From NCBI RefSeq assembly GCF_016432865.1, contig NC_067399.1, forward strand, positions 151,590,001-151,654,000: 64,000 bases of DNA, given 5' to 3'. Of the stretch, positions 1-13,130 are shown piece by piece (position 1 is the stretch's first letter; each line of letters opens with the position of its first letter). Below the pieces are notes generated by a model, which searched no databases, was not told where the DNA came from, and worked only from the letters and a program-made list of their open reading frames with translations. A program made the position numbers and the translations under genes. The stretch comes from Antechinus flavipes (lineage: Eukaryota).

Positions 1-169
1 ATAAAATCTAAAAGAAGTAAATGTTGAAAAGTATCTTTATATGTGTTTGGAAAAATAAAATACTATTGAGGAAAAAAAATAAAAATTATGTTATTTTATC
101 TCAACACAGCCTTGATTTCAGTTTTTTATTTTCCCCTGATTATCATTTCACAACAACTATGTTAAATCT

Positions 170-500
170 TTCTACTGAGGACCTTACCTGAATATCCTTT
201 TTCTCTTTTGTTTTTTGTTTTTGTTTTTTGGACTTTGTACTCTCTTGATTCTCCTCCTCCTTAGGATCTACTACTTCTCAGTCTTTCCAGCTGGGTCTTC
301 TTCCATGTCATATCTACTAACTGTAGGTATTCTTTAGGACTCTGTCCTAGGCCCTCTACTTTTTCTTCTATGCTTGGAGATCTCATTCACTCCCATGAAT
401 TCACTCATCATCTCTTTGGAGATGATTCCCAGATTTATATATCTGACTCTAGTCCTCTCAAGTTCTAGTCTCAAAACATCAATTACCTTTTGGATTTCTA
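170..500 (+). mobile_element. L2 fragment (RT/3' region)
   Basis: Typical L2 text GTCCTAGGCCCTCT...GGAGATCTCATTCACTCCCATG...GATGATTCCCAGATTTATAT. Confidence 0.8.
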
Positions 501-1083
501 GACAGAGATTCCCAGGAGCTACAAGACTCTTGAATTCAGAAGGTTGCTAATAAGACTGGATATGTCCATCTCTGGATTTCTCTTTAGTTACCTATGCTCA
601 GGATTAGAACACAAAACCAGGGTTGCATAGGGCTCAGGCCTATTCATGCCTCATGGAATATGGTAATCAAACCCTCAGAAACACCAAGGAATTTCTATTT
701 TGTTCAGGAATCAGTAGAAGAAAAAAAGACTTAGCCAACTCCTCTGGGTACAATGCATAGGCATATTTGCTATTTAGAGTTAAAAGAACCACATACATCA
801 TCACATAGCGAGTGGTTCCCATATTTGGTGACTTTTTCTGGTCTCCTAAGCTGTTCTTTTCCTAGTTATAGAGAGACAGAAAGCATGCTGGTTTCTATGC
901 TATTTGAAGGGTATTAAAGAGATACCATACCATCATGTGCCAGTTTCCTAAGCTGTTCTTTTCCCACTTTGAGGAAAACCTTTTGAAGAGGACAGAGAGA
1001 AACATTATTCTATTTTGATTCCTTCACCCACCTTCTGATATAAAAGGTCTACTAACCAGGAAAAGAAAAAAATACCATTCTAT

Positions 1084-1588
1084 TGTTATGCCACAGTTCT
1101 CTTTTATTGTCCTGACTCAGTTTCCTTAATTATCCTGACCCAGTCCTGACACAGTATCTCTGCTTCAGTTTATAATTATCAGCTCAAGGCCCAGTCCTGC
1201 AAAACTTCGCCTCCGTCTTTATCAGAGTATTTGATAAGGATAAAAGATCTTATGTTTTAGAATATCAGAATGCCTCTCCTCATCCCAAGCTATCAGAATG
1301 TCAGATACCGTCTTATCAAGATGCCTCCCCCATCTCCAATGGCTCACCCCACTCTGTCAGAGTCCTGTTCCCGCTCTCAGCACCTTGACTCCCCTACCCC
1401 CTGAGTCTGAGCCATATGTATATAGGTCATTGAGAACTCACATTGTTTGCTGGATTCTTGGAGACGATAGTCTCATTCAGCCCTGGGACTAAACCATGGA
1501 TCCCTTTGGTCCCAGTAAATCTCTCCCTTTAAATAAATTATTAAATACTCTTTAATCTCTATCTTGCCTCAGTTTCTCTGGCATTACA
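1084..1588 (+). mobile_element. Solo ERV LTR (ERV1-like, 505 bp)
   Basis: Starts TGTTATGCC and ends GCATTACA; flanked by a 4-bp TSD CTAT (1080-1083, 1589-1592); TATA-like TATATAGG near 1418 and AATAAA near 1533. Confidence 0.85.
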
Positions 1589-1799
1589 CTATCAGCTCCC
1601 CTGCTGCTGGTATCTGCAGCTGCCTAATACTCTGAGAGAACACCATCCTGAGCCTGAATCCCTACTGATGTTGATAATCCTTCTAAACTCACTTGGCAAT
1701 AATTGACAAATTCCTACTGAGTTATACCTTCCTCATCCTAGTGATTCTGAACTCCTCAGCTACCATTATTCAAACCTTGTTTTTCATCACTTATTTCCT

Positions 1800-3370
1800 T
1801 TATTCTCATCTTCCACACCCCAATAATGCTTTTCTATAAAGCTACCCACCTTTTCCACTGTGCTCTCTGGAATGCTCCATAGGTAACACACTGAATTTTA
1901 TCTTAAATCTCTTTCTTTCTCACCTCTTCCATCTTCTGACTGTTGTTAATATCTGGCTCCCTTCTGATGATACAGCCTTCCATGCCGTGCTAGCCACAAT
2001 TGTACTTTCACTCATTTTCTCTCTCTTTGCCCCCCAACAAACTTCTCCTTACTAGTCATGGTGAGGGAATTGTAACACTCTCTACTTTCCATGGCCACTT
2101 TGAAGCTCATCCTTTATCACCATTACTCAGTAATCTATCCTCCTTTGAGGTTCACTTAATTCATATCTACCACCCAATCAAAATTCTGGTAGTTGTTGCC
2201 TATTGACTTCAGGACATTCTCCTTCCCACAAAGAATTTAGTGCCCACTCAGCTCCTGTTCTCATACTAGTGGACTTCAACATCCTAACTTCCCAGTTCTT
2301 TAACTGACTCATTTCCTCTGACTTACTTGTCTACCTATCGCCTATTCATGGAGACCATATTTTTGGTCTTACTATCACCCACAGTCATTGTTTCCATGGT
2401 CATGAATTTTGAAATTCTCTTACCTGATCATAATTTATTATCAACCTACTTTTCCTTCTGTCTTGCAACCCCAAAACCTGTTCTTTCTGCTCACCATGAC
2501 CTCCAATTCCTTGATCCTTTAGTTTTCTCCCAGGCCACCTCTCCTGTACTGGCTATACCATTCTCTTTTCCCTATTTTTGTCCTTGATAAACCAATCCAC
2601 ATCTATACTGTCCTTTTCTAGGGAGTCCCTTTTTTTATTATGCTATTGCCAATCTTGCCCTGCCAAGTCTTCACCCTAACTTAATACTTATCATCTATTG
2701 TTTCTGGTTGTATTTACATTACTAAAATAAGGCTAAAGAAAACCATGAATCCATGCACCTGTTTCCATTATACATTTACGTACATTTTGTAATCTCAATT
2801 AGAACCTCACTGTGATAAGGTAATCTTTTTACACCTTCCTAATTGACTCCCTAGGTCAACTGGGAAGCTACATGGCACAGTGAATAGAACACACATATAG
2901 AAGCAATTTTAGGCTGCTTCTCCATAGATTAAGTCACAGGATAATGGCTGAAGAGGCAATGGGCTTGCTATTCCCAATCATCCAATCAGTTGTCAAATCT
3001 TGTTATTTTTCCATTCTCAGCATCTCTTAAGGAAATCTCCAAATCTTTACCCATATGATCCTATTACAGGTCCTTATCACCTCTTATCTGAACTATTGAA
3101 ACAGTCTTTGCTTAGTTTTCTGCCTCAAATCTTTCCCCATTTCAATCCATCCTCAATTTATCTGCCAAAGTGATTAAGTATAGGTCTGACTGTGTCATCC
3201 AACTCCTCTTAAAATCCAGGAATTTCTCTTTTATCTTCAGGATAAAATAATCAATTCTCTTTAGAATTTAAAGTGATCTTAACAAGCTGACTTCTTGCCT
3301 TTCAAATTTTCTTACTCTATACTCCCCCTTTACACCCTATGATCAGACATCCAATCTCCTATCTTGTGCT
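1800..3370 (+). mobile_element. L2 fragments (endonuclease region to 3' region)
   Basis: Degenerate L2 EN-like text (CTCTGGAATGC...ATCTGGCTCCCTTCTGATGATACAGCC); boundaries approximate. Confidence 0.7.
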
Positions 3371-6300
3371 TTTGCAATAGATATTACTCCTTCTGGGTCA
3401 GTCAACTTAGTTCAAGGAGTAAAGCATCCTAATAGAAATAAAGGAAGAAACAAGTATCAAGTAATACAGCCATCTTGACCACCATATCCACACAAATTCT
3501 GATGGAGACATCTGGGCTCTGAGTCTAGAAGCCTGAGGATAAACTACCAAATCTGCTTTTAGTCCAGCCCCTACAGCCATTGTCAAGGAGAGAAATCATG
3601 GTAGAGGAGGGCCCCACCTTCCTTATTGTCATCAGCCACAAGTGCTCACCAACTGCCACAAATAGACTCAGGAGCCCAGGAAGTAGCAATACACCCCAGG
3701 GCCACCAATTCTGATTCCAGTCCAGTCTATAGACATTATTCAGGGAAGCAACATTTGGAGAAAGTGTCAGTCATTCCCATCTGCTACCAATCAACTGTCA
3801 CTCATAGAGCAGGTAAGTCTACATCAAGTGAAACTGCAAGATATCCAGGTTGAGAGATAGGGGCCAGCACATACAAGGTAGGTCAGGCCACCACTACCAC
3901 TTTGACTACCAGCTCCCCTCAGACTATGATAGACCCAATCTAGGACTTTGAACCCAAGGGCTTTGAGAATAGAAATATATGTTCTTGTCACCAAAGTCCT
4001 TAGTACTGTCAGTAGTTTGGTTTTGGAAATTAATGTGATTATCAATAGAAATGTTATTAAGGGAGGTATTACTATCTACTTAGCAACTTTATCATAAGAT
4101 ATTTGGGACTTTTCTATTTGACTTGCAGATGAAACTTCCCATATGTTTAATTTTTCCCATCCCTACCCTCCTAGTGTCAATGTGTAACACAGTACTAATA
4201 AATATTTCACTCTTTTCTTCATTTATTCTTTCATTTATAGAATATTTTCTCCTTAATTCTGCCATTTAGAATTCTTAACTTTCTGGAAACTCAACTCAAA
4301 TGCTGCCTTCTACAGGGCACCTTTTCTATCCCCGTAGCTATGAGAATATTTTCTGCTAAGGTCTTTCATTTACTTTGCCTTTATATATGTATATAACTCT
4401 TCACATGTAGATTGACAAGATACATAGATATGAAGTCAGTGAGTTGTTTTTCAGTTGTGTACCCATACTGTCAATAGAGTTTTCTTGGCAAAGATATTGC
4501 CTACATTCTACTGCAGCACCTATCTACCTCACAGGCCATTAAATTGGATAGTTAGAAGGTATTTTAATGGGAGAGAAGAGGGCTAAAGGGATCAAGAGAA
4601 GTCTTTTCTAGAATTGGAGCATATAGAACTCTTTATAGACAGGACATGCTTAATAAATATTTATTGAAAATGAAATGTTGCCTGGAGGTGCTATCTGTGC
4701 CCATAATTTTGAATTGTAAAGATATGATTATTCTTCTTTCTTTTCCTTCTTTCTCATGTTGGGGGTATTAATCTCCAAATATTTAATTTTTCTATCTGTA
4801 CAATGAAGGGGAACAATTCACTTTACCAAATATCCATTACATACCTACAAAATACTTCTCTAGGTTCTAAGGATACAAAGAAAATAAAAATAATAGAATC
4901 CCTGTCTTCAAGGAGCTATATTCTGTAATCATCAACACATATTTTGTTTATAGTTGTGCTTGACTCTTCATGACCATTTTTAGGGTTTGTAGACAAAGAT
5001 ATTGGAACGGTTTGCCATTTCCTTCTCTATCTGATTTTACAGATGAGGAAACTGAGTCAAACAGGGTCAAATGGCTTTCCCAAGGTAATATAATTAGCAA
5101 GTATTTGAAGTCAGAAATCAACTCAGGCTTTCCTGATTCCAGACTCAGTGCTTTATCCATTGTGCCACTTAGCTGCCCTCTAACACTTATTTCCTAAGGA
5201 TAAGGGGAAGGTTAATTAGTCTGTACTCTTTAAGTGATCCTTAAATGCAAAGTATGATGCATACATAAGTTTCAAATATTGTAGCCCTGTATTATGGTGT
5301 CATTTTAAATTAGGCCAATGTTCTTTATTTTTATTGGATTCTTCTGAGGTCATCATTTCATAAATCAAAGCCATATGTTGCATTACTAAGATATCAAACT
5401 CAGAGCTTAATGAAAAGAGAAATAATTCTGGTGGTAAATCTGGAAGTTCCCACAGTGCTACATCTGCTGCCTAGGGATTGAGGAACCACATTGAAACCAA
5501 CAATCCTATACCCTGAGGCCATTCTAAAGAAGATTTTCTTGGACATTTCTTTAGTTCTCAGACTCAGACAAATCACCTTTCCCAAAGGTTTCCTAGGCAT
5601 GGAATAAACTACAACATTTTCTTTTGCTTTTGTGAGAACCAGAGAATCCCAGAATTGGAAGAGATGTCAGAGATCAGCTAATCTAAACACTATTTGAATA
5701 TAAATTCCCTCAACAACAGGTTTGGAAATGCTCATCTGAGCCATTATTTGAAAACTTCTTATGGGGGAATTTAATATTTACAGAAGCAGTCCATTCTATC
5801 TTTGAATAACATGTAATTGCTAGTCTAGCTTTGAGAAGTTGTTACTGAGCCCGTCAAGGTTGCGGTATTATGCCAAAAAAATTTTTTTTTATTTACTAAT
5901 AAAACCCAGATATACACTTTGAATCTAGTTTAATCCTGGGGTACTAAACCCTAAAGGATTGTATGATTAAGGCTCTTTCTCTAGTAAGAAAAGATGAGGG
6001 TCCCATTCTCATACTTTTTGGTTTTTTAAATCTCACTTCCCAAAAAGAGAAGGGTAAAAAGTTATTCATTGTAAAATATGTATCAGATTTCAGGGAATTT
6101 ATTCCTAAACACTAAAGTAATGTTAAACATAGGGGGCTCACAAGCAAGAACTGCTACAATAAGAATCAGTGACAATATACCTATTGGTATAATCTTCTGG
6201 AAGGCTGATCCTAAACTTTATCAGAATGTGACAATTTTCAGGAGTGCTAATTAGATAATTTATCTCATCTTAGCTAAGTGCTTTCCAAACTACTCCAAGT

Positions 6301-6509
6301 ACATGTCTGACTGTCCTCTCATATGCTGAAGCTTGGTTTGCCATTAATCTTCTGGTTGACACTTCACTGACTGCAACTGTAGACCACCAAGCCTGGACAC
6401 ATTTACCTCAAGATTGCTGATTGGTCACTGGCTGAGGAAAAGAGACACAAATAGGAAGGAACAATTAGGAGCCTAACCATGAATTTGCCTACTTGAGTTC
6501 CCTGTACCA

Positions 6510-7330
6510 GCTATGCCAACAAATGTAAAAATGCTTCACATTATTAATAAAAGAAATGTGAATTTAGACAACTTTGAGGTTTCCATCTGACACACAGCAA
6601 ATTGTCAAAGATAACAAAAAATGAAACCCATCATAGGATTAGAGGGATTATGAGAAGACAGGCACATTTTACTATTGCTGAAGCTGTATATTGGTTCAGT
6701 TATCCTGGGAGTTGATTTATAATTCTATGACAAAAGTTATTGAACTCTTTGTATTTTTAGCCTGGGGAACCTATAATCTTTGGGCTTCCAAAGAAGCAAA
6801 AGCTACATATATTTATAGGAGGAGTTGCAGGAGGCAAAGAATTGTAAGTAAGGTCCCTCAATAGAGGAATAACTAAACAAACTATAGCTTATGACTGTAA
6901 GGCAATATTGTTGTGCTATGAGGAACAAGAGATATTAGGAATTCATAAAAACATGAGGAGACATGGACAGTTTGATGCAAAAAAGAAGAAAACAGAATAT
7001 GGAGAACTAAGGGCATAGAGTGACTGAAAAAGATCTATAAAGACTACCATAGCACTGAAATTATTATTAACCTGTGATGAACTGATGGATTATATGAAAA
7101 TCATTAGAGTAGCTGAGAAAGGACTCAAGAAAAGTCTCATGTGACAAATGCTCTATTCCAACTTGTCTGAGGATATTTATTTGTTCGTGATATCAGGGAA
7201 TTAAAAGAAAGACAAGCTTGGGTCTTGGGTCACTATTTCTCATCTGGGACAATGGATTACTTAGAACACAAGGATTCTAAGAAACAAGTCTTTTATTAAA
7301 ATAACCAATACCCTCAGTTCTCAAAGTCTA
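6510..7330 (+). mobile_element. Old degenerate L1 3' region
   Basis: Degenerate ORF2 C-terminal and 3'UTR similarity; boundaries approximate. Confidence 0.6.
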
Positions 7331-8023
7331 GAAGATTTAAAAAAAGCAAGAAAATGAAAAGGTAGTTAGTAAGAAGACTCCTTGGCATTTCAAAGGTTTC
7401 TCATCAAACTTCTAGGAACTATTTTTATATTCTTCTTGATCAAAGAAAATATGGCTGGATCCAAATCAGTCCATTGGGGTTGAAGTTTAACCTAAACTAC
7501 CCCAGGTCTGCATCTCAACTTTCTGGTTTGCAACACTGTCTTTTGATATTTTGGGAGTGTAAAGAGGTAGTATATACTTAACTGATTGCATCAAATCCTT
7601 GTCCATGGCAGGCATTTAAGGGCTGACCCAGAAAAAACACACAGAAATTATAAAGAAAAATGGATTGAGAGGAAACTAAATCCACCTAGAAAAGTGACAA
7701 AAATAATGAAAAAAAAGGATTCAAGTTTTAGTCAATTAATGCCTTTTAAATGTATCCCTAGTTGCAGATGGCAGCTGTAGCCAATCAAAGAGGCTCCTAT
7801 TCATCACCATAATTAGCAATCCAGAACCAGGTATAGATTATCTGTCGATGGTCTAAATATCCCTGAGACAATTACATGATGTCTCGTGATACTCCCAGTT
7901 TCTCTAGCCTCTTTTAAGTGGCCAATTGCATTATCAGTACTCTGTGCATGCTCATAAGGACTGGCATCAGTGACTAGTATATATTTCCTATGTTCCAGGT
8001 TGCCTTTAAAGAGCTTATATTCT

Positions 8024-8181
8024 TGCACATATTAAACCTATGTTGGATTACTTTCTGTCTGGGGCGGGGTGGGGAGAAAGGAGGGAGAAAAATTGGGAAC
8101 ACAAGGTTTTGCAAAGGGGAATGCAAAAATATATTTGCATGTATTTTGAAAGCTATTATTAAAATTTTTTAAAAAAGAAAA
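8024..8181 (+). mobile_element. Short L1 3'-end insertion with TSD
   Basis: 16-bp TSD AAAGAGCTTATATTCT at 8008-8023 and 8182-8197; A-rich tail. Confidence 0.85.
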
Positions 8182-8894
8182 AAAGAGCTTATATTCTGCT
8201 TAAAGTGATGGATTCCTCATACACATAAATAATTTGAGGGTGAGGGCTAATGAATAGGGGCTATTTTATACCAAGAGATATCTCTGGCAAGAGAATGGTG
8301 CTGGTCATCTATAGCAGAAAAAAGCTGTGAATTCTCTTTTGATCAAATGAACTCCAGCTCTTTTAACTTGTCTTCCTTCTAGGACAGTGCTAGGTTCTCA
8401 CCATGTTTTCCTCTCTTTAGAAATGAGGCTATCTCATCTGGGTATTAGAAGATCACAGGAAGCAAGGTAGTTCCCCCAAGAAAATATTCCTTTTCCTTCC
8501 TTCTCTAGAACTGTCCATGTCCATGCTTGTGGATAATCAACCTGTTCTGACTTTATATTCTCTTAGGACAATCCATATCCAAGGATATGCTAGAGTCATC
8601 TCATATACACTGGAGATGATTATTTAATTTTCAATGTGAGGTATACAGGTTAGAAATCAGCAAATGCTACAAAATAAGGTTGGATTTATTGTTTTGTTTA
8701 TTGTCTAGACTTAAGAAAGCAAAGGAGAAAATATTGATAATGTATGTCTTATGTACATTTTCTCCTCAAAGAATTAGTTGCTAAACATTTACTAGTACAC
8801 TCCTGCTCATATCTCACTCCAGACCATTTGCCCTTCCTACTCACGCAAGAGGCAGCTTCATAAATTTATAGATTGTTAGAGATAGAAGGGATAT

Positions 8895-9069
8895 ATCTAC
8901 ATATCTATATATCTATATCTATATCCATATATTTGCTGAGACAATTAGGGTTAAGTGACTTGTCCAAGATCATACGGCTAGGAAGTGTTAAGTCTGAGAT
9001 CAGATGTAAACTCAGGTCCTCCTGACTTCAGGATTGGTGCTCTATTCACTGCACTACAGCTGCCCCTGC
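8895..9069 (-). mobile_element. WSINE1-type SINE with microsatellite-converted tail
   Basis: tRNA-derived head and CORE; TSD TAGAAGGGATAT at 8883-8894 and 9070-9081; tail converted to (ATAGAT)n-like repeats. Confidence 0.85.
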
Positions 9070-9554
9070 TAGAAGGGATATTAGAGATCATTGATCCTCC
9101 TCTTTTACCTGTGAAGAAATAAACTAAGAGAATGAAGTGTCTTCAGCCTAAACTAGCTGGGATTTAGAATCCAGTGTCCTGACTCCTAGTCTAGTATTCT
9201 TTCTTTTAGATCATCAGGTATCCTTTCCCAATGCATCATGCCCTGGCTTTGCAGTTTTCAGACCATTTCAGTTACCCCCTCAGTTCACTGACATAAAAGC
9301 CCATTACTAAGAAGCAATCTATGCAAAGAAAGGTCCCTAAACCATCATCCAGGCTTTTATCTGCCTGAGTTACTCCCTATAGTCCTTAGATGAAGTTCTG
9401 GGAATATACCTTGGTCTCCTACACGAAGTATGGAAGATACTTAATCTGTTCATGTACTTCCATATGTATGTGAAGGAATGAATGAAGCATTTATTAATCA
9501 CTCATTATGTGCAGAGCACTGTGGGTATAACTGCTTTGCAAATATTATTGTCCA

Positions 9555-11500
9555 AGGGGCTCCTGGATTTCAATCAATCAATATTTATTAAGTACCTCGC
9601 AAGGTGCTTAATTTATTAGGCAACTTGCTAAATATTGAGAACAGAAAAACAAGCAAGAAATAGTCCTTATTTTCAAGGAACTCATATTCTAATGGGGGAG
9701 GCAACTATCTATATCTATAATACACAGATACATATATACAAGTTATAGGTAAGATAAATAGAAAAGAATTTATGGAGAGAAGGCACTAGAATTAAGAGGG
9801 TGTGGGAAAGATTTCCTGTAGAATATGGCATTTAAAGGAAGCCAAGGAAATCAGTAGTCAGGGCTGAGGAGCCAGAGTATTCCAGGTATGGCAGAAAGAA
9901 AATAACCAGAACTGAGAGACAGTATCTTGTTTAGGAAAGATCAGCAGACTAGTGATACAGAAGAGTATGTGTCAGGGAGTCAAGATCCAGAAGAATGAAA
10001 ATGTAAGATGAATCTAAATGATAAAAGGCTTTGAATTCCAGAGAATTTTGTATTTGATTCTGGAGGCAATTGGAAGCCACTGAAGCTTATTGAGTTGGGG
10101 GTGTTGGTCAGATTTGAACTTCAGGAAAATCACTTAAGTGGCTGAATGGAGAATGGACTGGAATGGGGAGAATGAGTCCCACAGACCTACATGCAGGTGA
10201 TTGTAGGAATCGAGATATGAGATGATCAAGGCCAGCACTAGAATGGTGGTAGTTTCAGAACAGAGAAGGGAATATATTTAAAAGGTTGCAAAGGTGAAAC
10301 CAAGAGGCCTTGTTAACAGTTTGAATATGCGGGGTGAGAGGTAGTCAAGAGTCCAGGACAACTCCTCGGTTGTGAGCCTGAGGGACTGGGAAGATGTATT
10401 ATTCTCACCAGTAAGAGGAGGGGTAGGGGAAAGGAGGTTTAGAGAGAGAGTGAATTCTATTTGAGAAATGTTCAGTTTAAGATGTCTACTGGACATCCAA
10501 TCCAACATGTCTGAAAAGCTTTTAAAGATGTGAAATCGGAAATCTGCAGAGAACCTGAGGCAGGATAGGTAGATTTGAGAATCATTAGCATACAGCTGGT
10601 AATTAAATCCATGGAAGGTGATGAGATCCTCAAGTGCAGAAATAAAGGAGAAGAAAAGAAAAGAGCTCAGGACTGAACTATGAGATTAGACACCTATGGT
10701 TAGATTGTGTGATCTGGAGAAAGAACCAGAAAAAGAAACTTAGAAACAGGTTTAAAGGATAGGTTGGAGGAGAACTAGGAGAGGGTGGTGTCCTGAAAAC
10801 CTACAGAGAAAAGCATATCATAAAGGAGAGGATGATCAATAGCAAGGAGAATGAAGACTGAGAAAAGTCCATGGGATTTGGCAACTAAGAGAACACTGGT
10901 AGCTTCAGAGAGAGTAGTTTCAGTGGGATAAGGTCGAAACTGGATTATAAGGATTAAGAAGAGAATGAGGAGGAAAAAAAATGGAGACACCTACTGTAGA
11001 TCATCTTTTCTTTCCCCCCTTTTATAATAGCTTTTTATTTTCAAAATGCATACAAAGATAGTTTTCAATATTCACCTTTGCAAAACTTTGTGTTTCAAAT
11101 TTTTCTTCCTCCCCTAGACAACAAATAATCCAATATAAATTAAACATGTGCAATTTTTAAAAACATATTTCCACATTTATCATGCTGCATAAAAATCAAA
11201 TCAAAAAGGAAAAAAATAAGAAAAAAAAGCAAACAACACTAAAAAAGGTAAAAATAAATGTTGTGAAGTAGATAATCTTTTCAAAGATTTTAGTCACAAA
11301 AGGGCAGAAAAGTTAAATACTGGATAGTAAAGGATATGGAAGAATCAAGTGCAGTTTTTTTTTTCCTTCAGGATGGGGGAGATATGGGCATGAGATGGAG
11401 AAGAAGAGATACTGGGGATGACAGAGATGAACAGTTTGTTGGAGGAAAGAGAATGGAATGACATCATTTGAGTAGATAGAGGGATTTAGAATTTAACTTC
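9555..11500 (-). mobile_element. Long L2 fragment
   Basis: Starts with the L2 3' end in antisense (TCAATCAATCAATATTTATTAAG) followed by purine-rich L2 antisense body. Confidence 0.8.
11011..11267 (-). mobile_element. L1 3'-end insertion nested in L2
   Basis: TSD GTAGAT(C/A)ATCTTTTC at 10996-11010 and 11268-11282; L1 3'UTR similarity. Confidence 0.8.
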
Positions 11501-11529
11501 CTGGTTTGAATCTCATTCTACTTAGAGGA

Positions 11530-11770
11530 TGCTAGGTGACATAAGAGATGAAGGCTTGGATTCAGGAATATCTGAGTTCAAATCCAATCTCAGATACTGA
11601 CTCTGGATAAGTCATTTAATTTCACTTTGTCTCACTTTCTTCAACTGTAAAATGGGGGTAATAATAGTGCTTTTCTACCAGAGTTGTTGTAAGAAGCAAA
11701 TTAGATAATATTTATAAAATGCTTAATACATTGTCGGTATAAAATAGGTACTTAATAAGTGATTGCTTCT
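11530..11770 (+). mobile_element. MIR-like CORE-SINE
   Basis: Head plus CORE (TTCAACTGTAAAATGGGGGTAATAATAG). Further MIR-like copies at about 12490-12740, 14400-14640, 15850-16040, 27780-27985, 31460-31700, 41500-41780, 49600-49800 and 61270-61470. Confidence 0.7.
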
Positions 11771-12789
11771 TTCCTTCTCTTCTCCTATTTACTGTGCGAT
11801 TTTGGGCAAGTTGTTTCAATTCTCTGTCTGACCTTAGTTTTTGGATCTGTAAAACAAAGAATCAAGGATAAAGGACTTCATTTTGTAAAGGAAGAAATCA
11901 AGGCATATAGAAATTAGTGGCTTGTAAAATTACTAGTATTAGAATATATAAGGGTGAGAGAATTTGGAATAAACAGACTCCATATTTTGACCATCCACAT
12001 GGGTTTCCCCTCATCACTCCTCTTCTAAGATCAGGCATTCAGGCAGATACCAAGATCCTCCATAGAGCTAGTCTGGACAAAATAATTTACTTCAAAGATA
12101 TAATAATAATAATAAATACATCAACATAAACTGCCCAACATGTGGACCATAATTTTTTTCCTCCCCTTTTGCATTACTTCAAACTCTAGAAAGAAGGAAA
12201 TAAGATTAAGTGGCTATGTTAGTTCTATTTCCATAAAACACATTTCTAATCCTGTCCTTGGGTTCTAGTCCCAGGCATCCTGGCTTTTTAGGGCTTCTCT
12301 ACCAAGCTGGATGGCTATACTACCTCACTTGCAATGCCAGCTTCAAGTTCACACATTGTTAGAACTTCTGGAACTGATGGGAATTAACACCTGCACTTAA
12401 AATTTAGAAGGACAGACAAAACAAAGTTCCAGATCCATTTCTCAAAATGAAAATTAGAAGGGAGAAAGGTATCACTCTTAATTCAATTCATAGAGACTAC
12501 CCTCTGAGTTATTAGATAGCATGATAGATAGAGTACTAGATATGGAGTCAGGGAGATGTGAGTTCAAATCCAGACTTAAGATATTTCGTGGCTGTGTGAC
12601 CCTGGGCAAGTCACGTAATTGCTGCTGCCCCAGTTTCCTCAATTGTAAAAGAAGGAAATAATAACATCTACTTTGCAGATTTGTTTTGAGAATCAAATGA
12701 GATAATGTTTATAAATTGCTTAAATTTGTTTTCAAAAGAATAATGATAAGCTGGAAAACAAGAAGGCAGGAAGGTGAGGATTAGATAGA

Positions 12790-13130
12790 AAAACTGAGGA
12801 TGGTTATCTTGTACAAGAGAAGACTTGGATGTAATAGATATGTTAGAAGACATGCTTGTTATCTTTGGGTATTTTAAGAGTTCTTTTGGAAAAGGCAAAC
12901 AATTTGTTCTCCGTGCCTCTAGAAGGCAGCATTAGGAACAGTGGAAGTTGAAAAGAGACAACTTTAAATTTAATGTAAAGATCAAACTTTCAAAAAATGA
13001 GAGCAATCTAAGAATAGAGTGGGCTTCCTTGGAAGTCCAGATGTTCTCTCTTACTAAAAGCTTTCAACTAAACTCTGGGCAGCCATGTGATAGGGATATT
13101 GGAGAGAGGATTCTTTCCAGGTTTTATGTG
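12790..13130 (+). mobile_element. L3/CR1 3' fragment
   Basis: Matches the CR1/L3 3' pattern (GAGAAGACTT...CTAGAAGGCAGCATTAGG...GTGGGCTTCCTTGGAAG). Confidence 0.7.

Noticed and set aside
844-964. 19-bp direct repeat TCCTAAGCTGTTCTTTTCC (844-862, 946-964)
   Set aside because: Only two copies; probably internal to an unassigned repeat or a local duplication, with no array structure.
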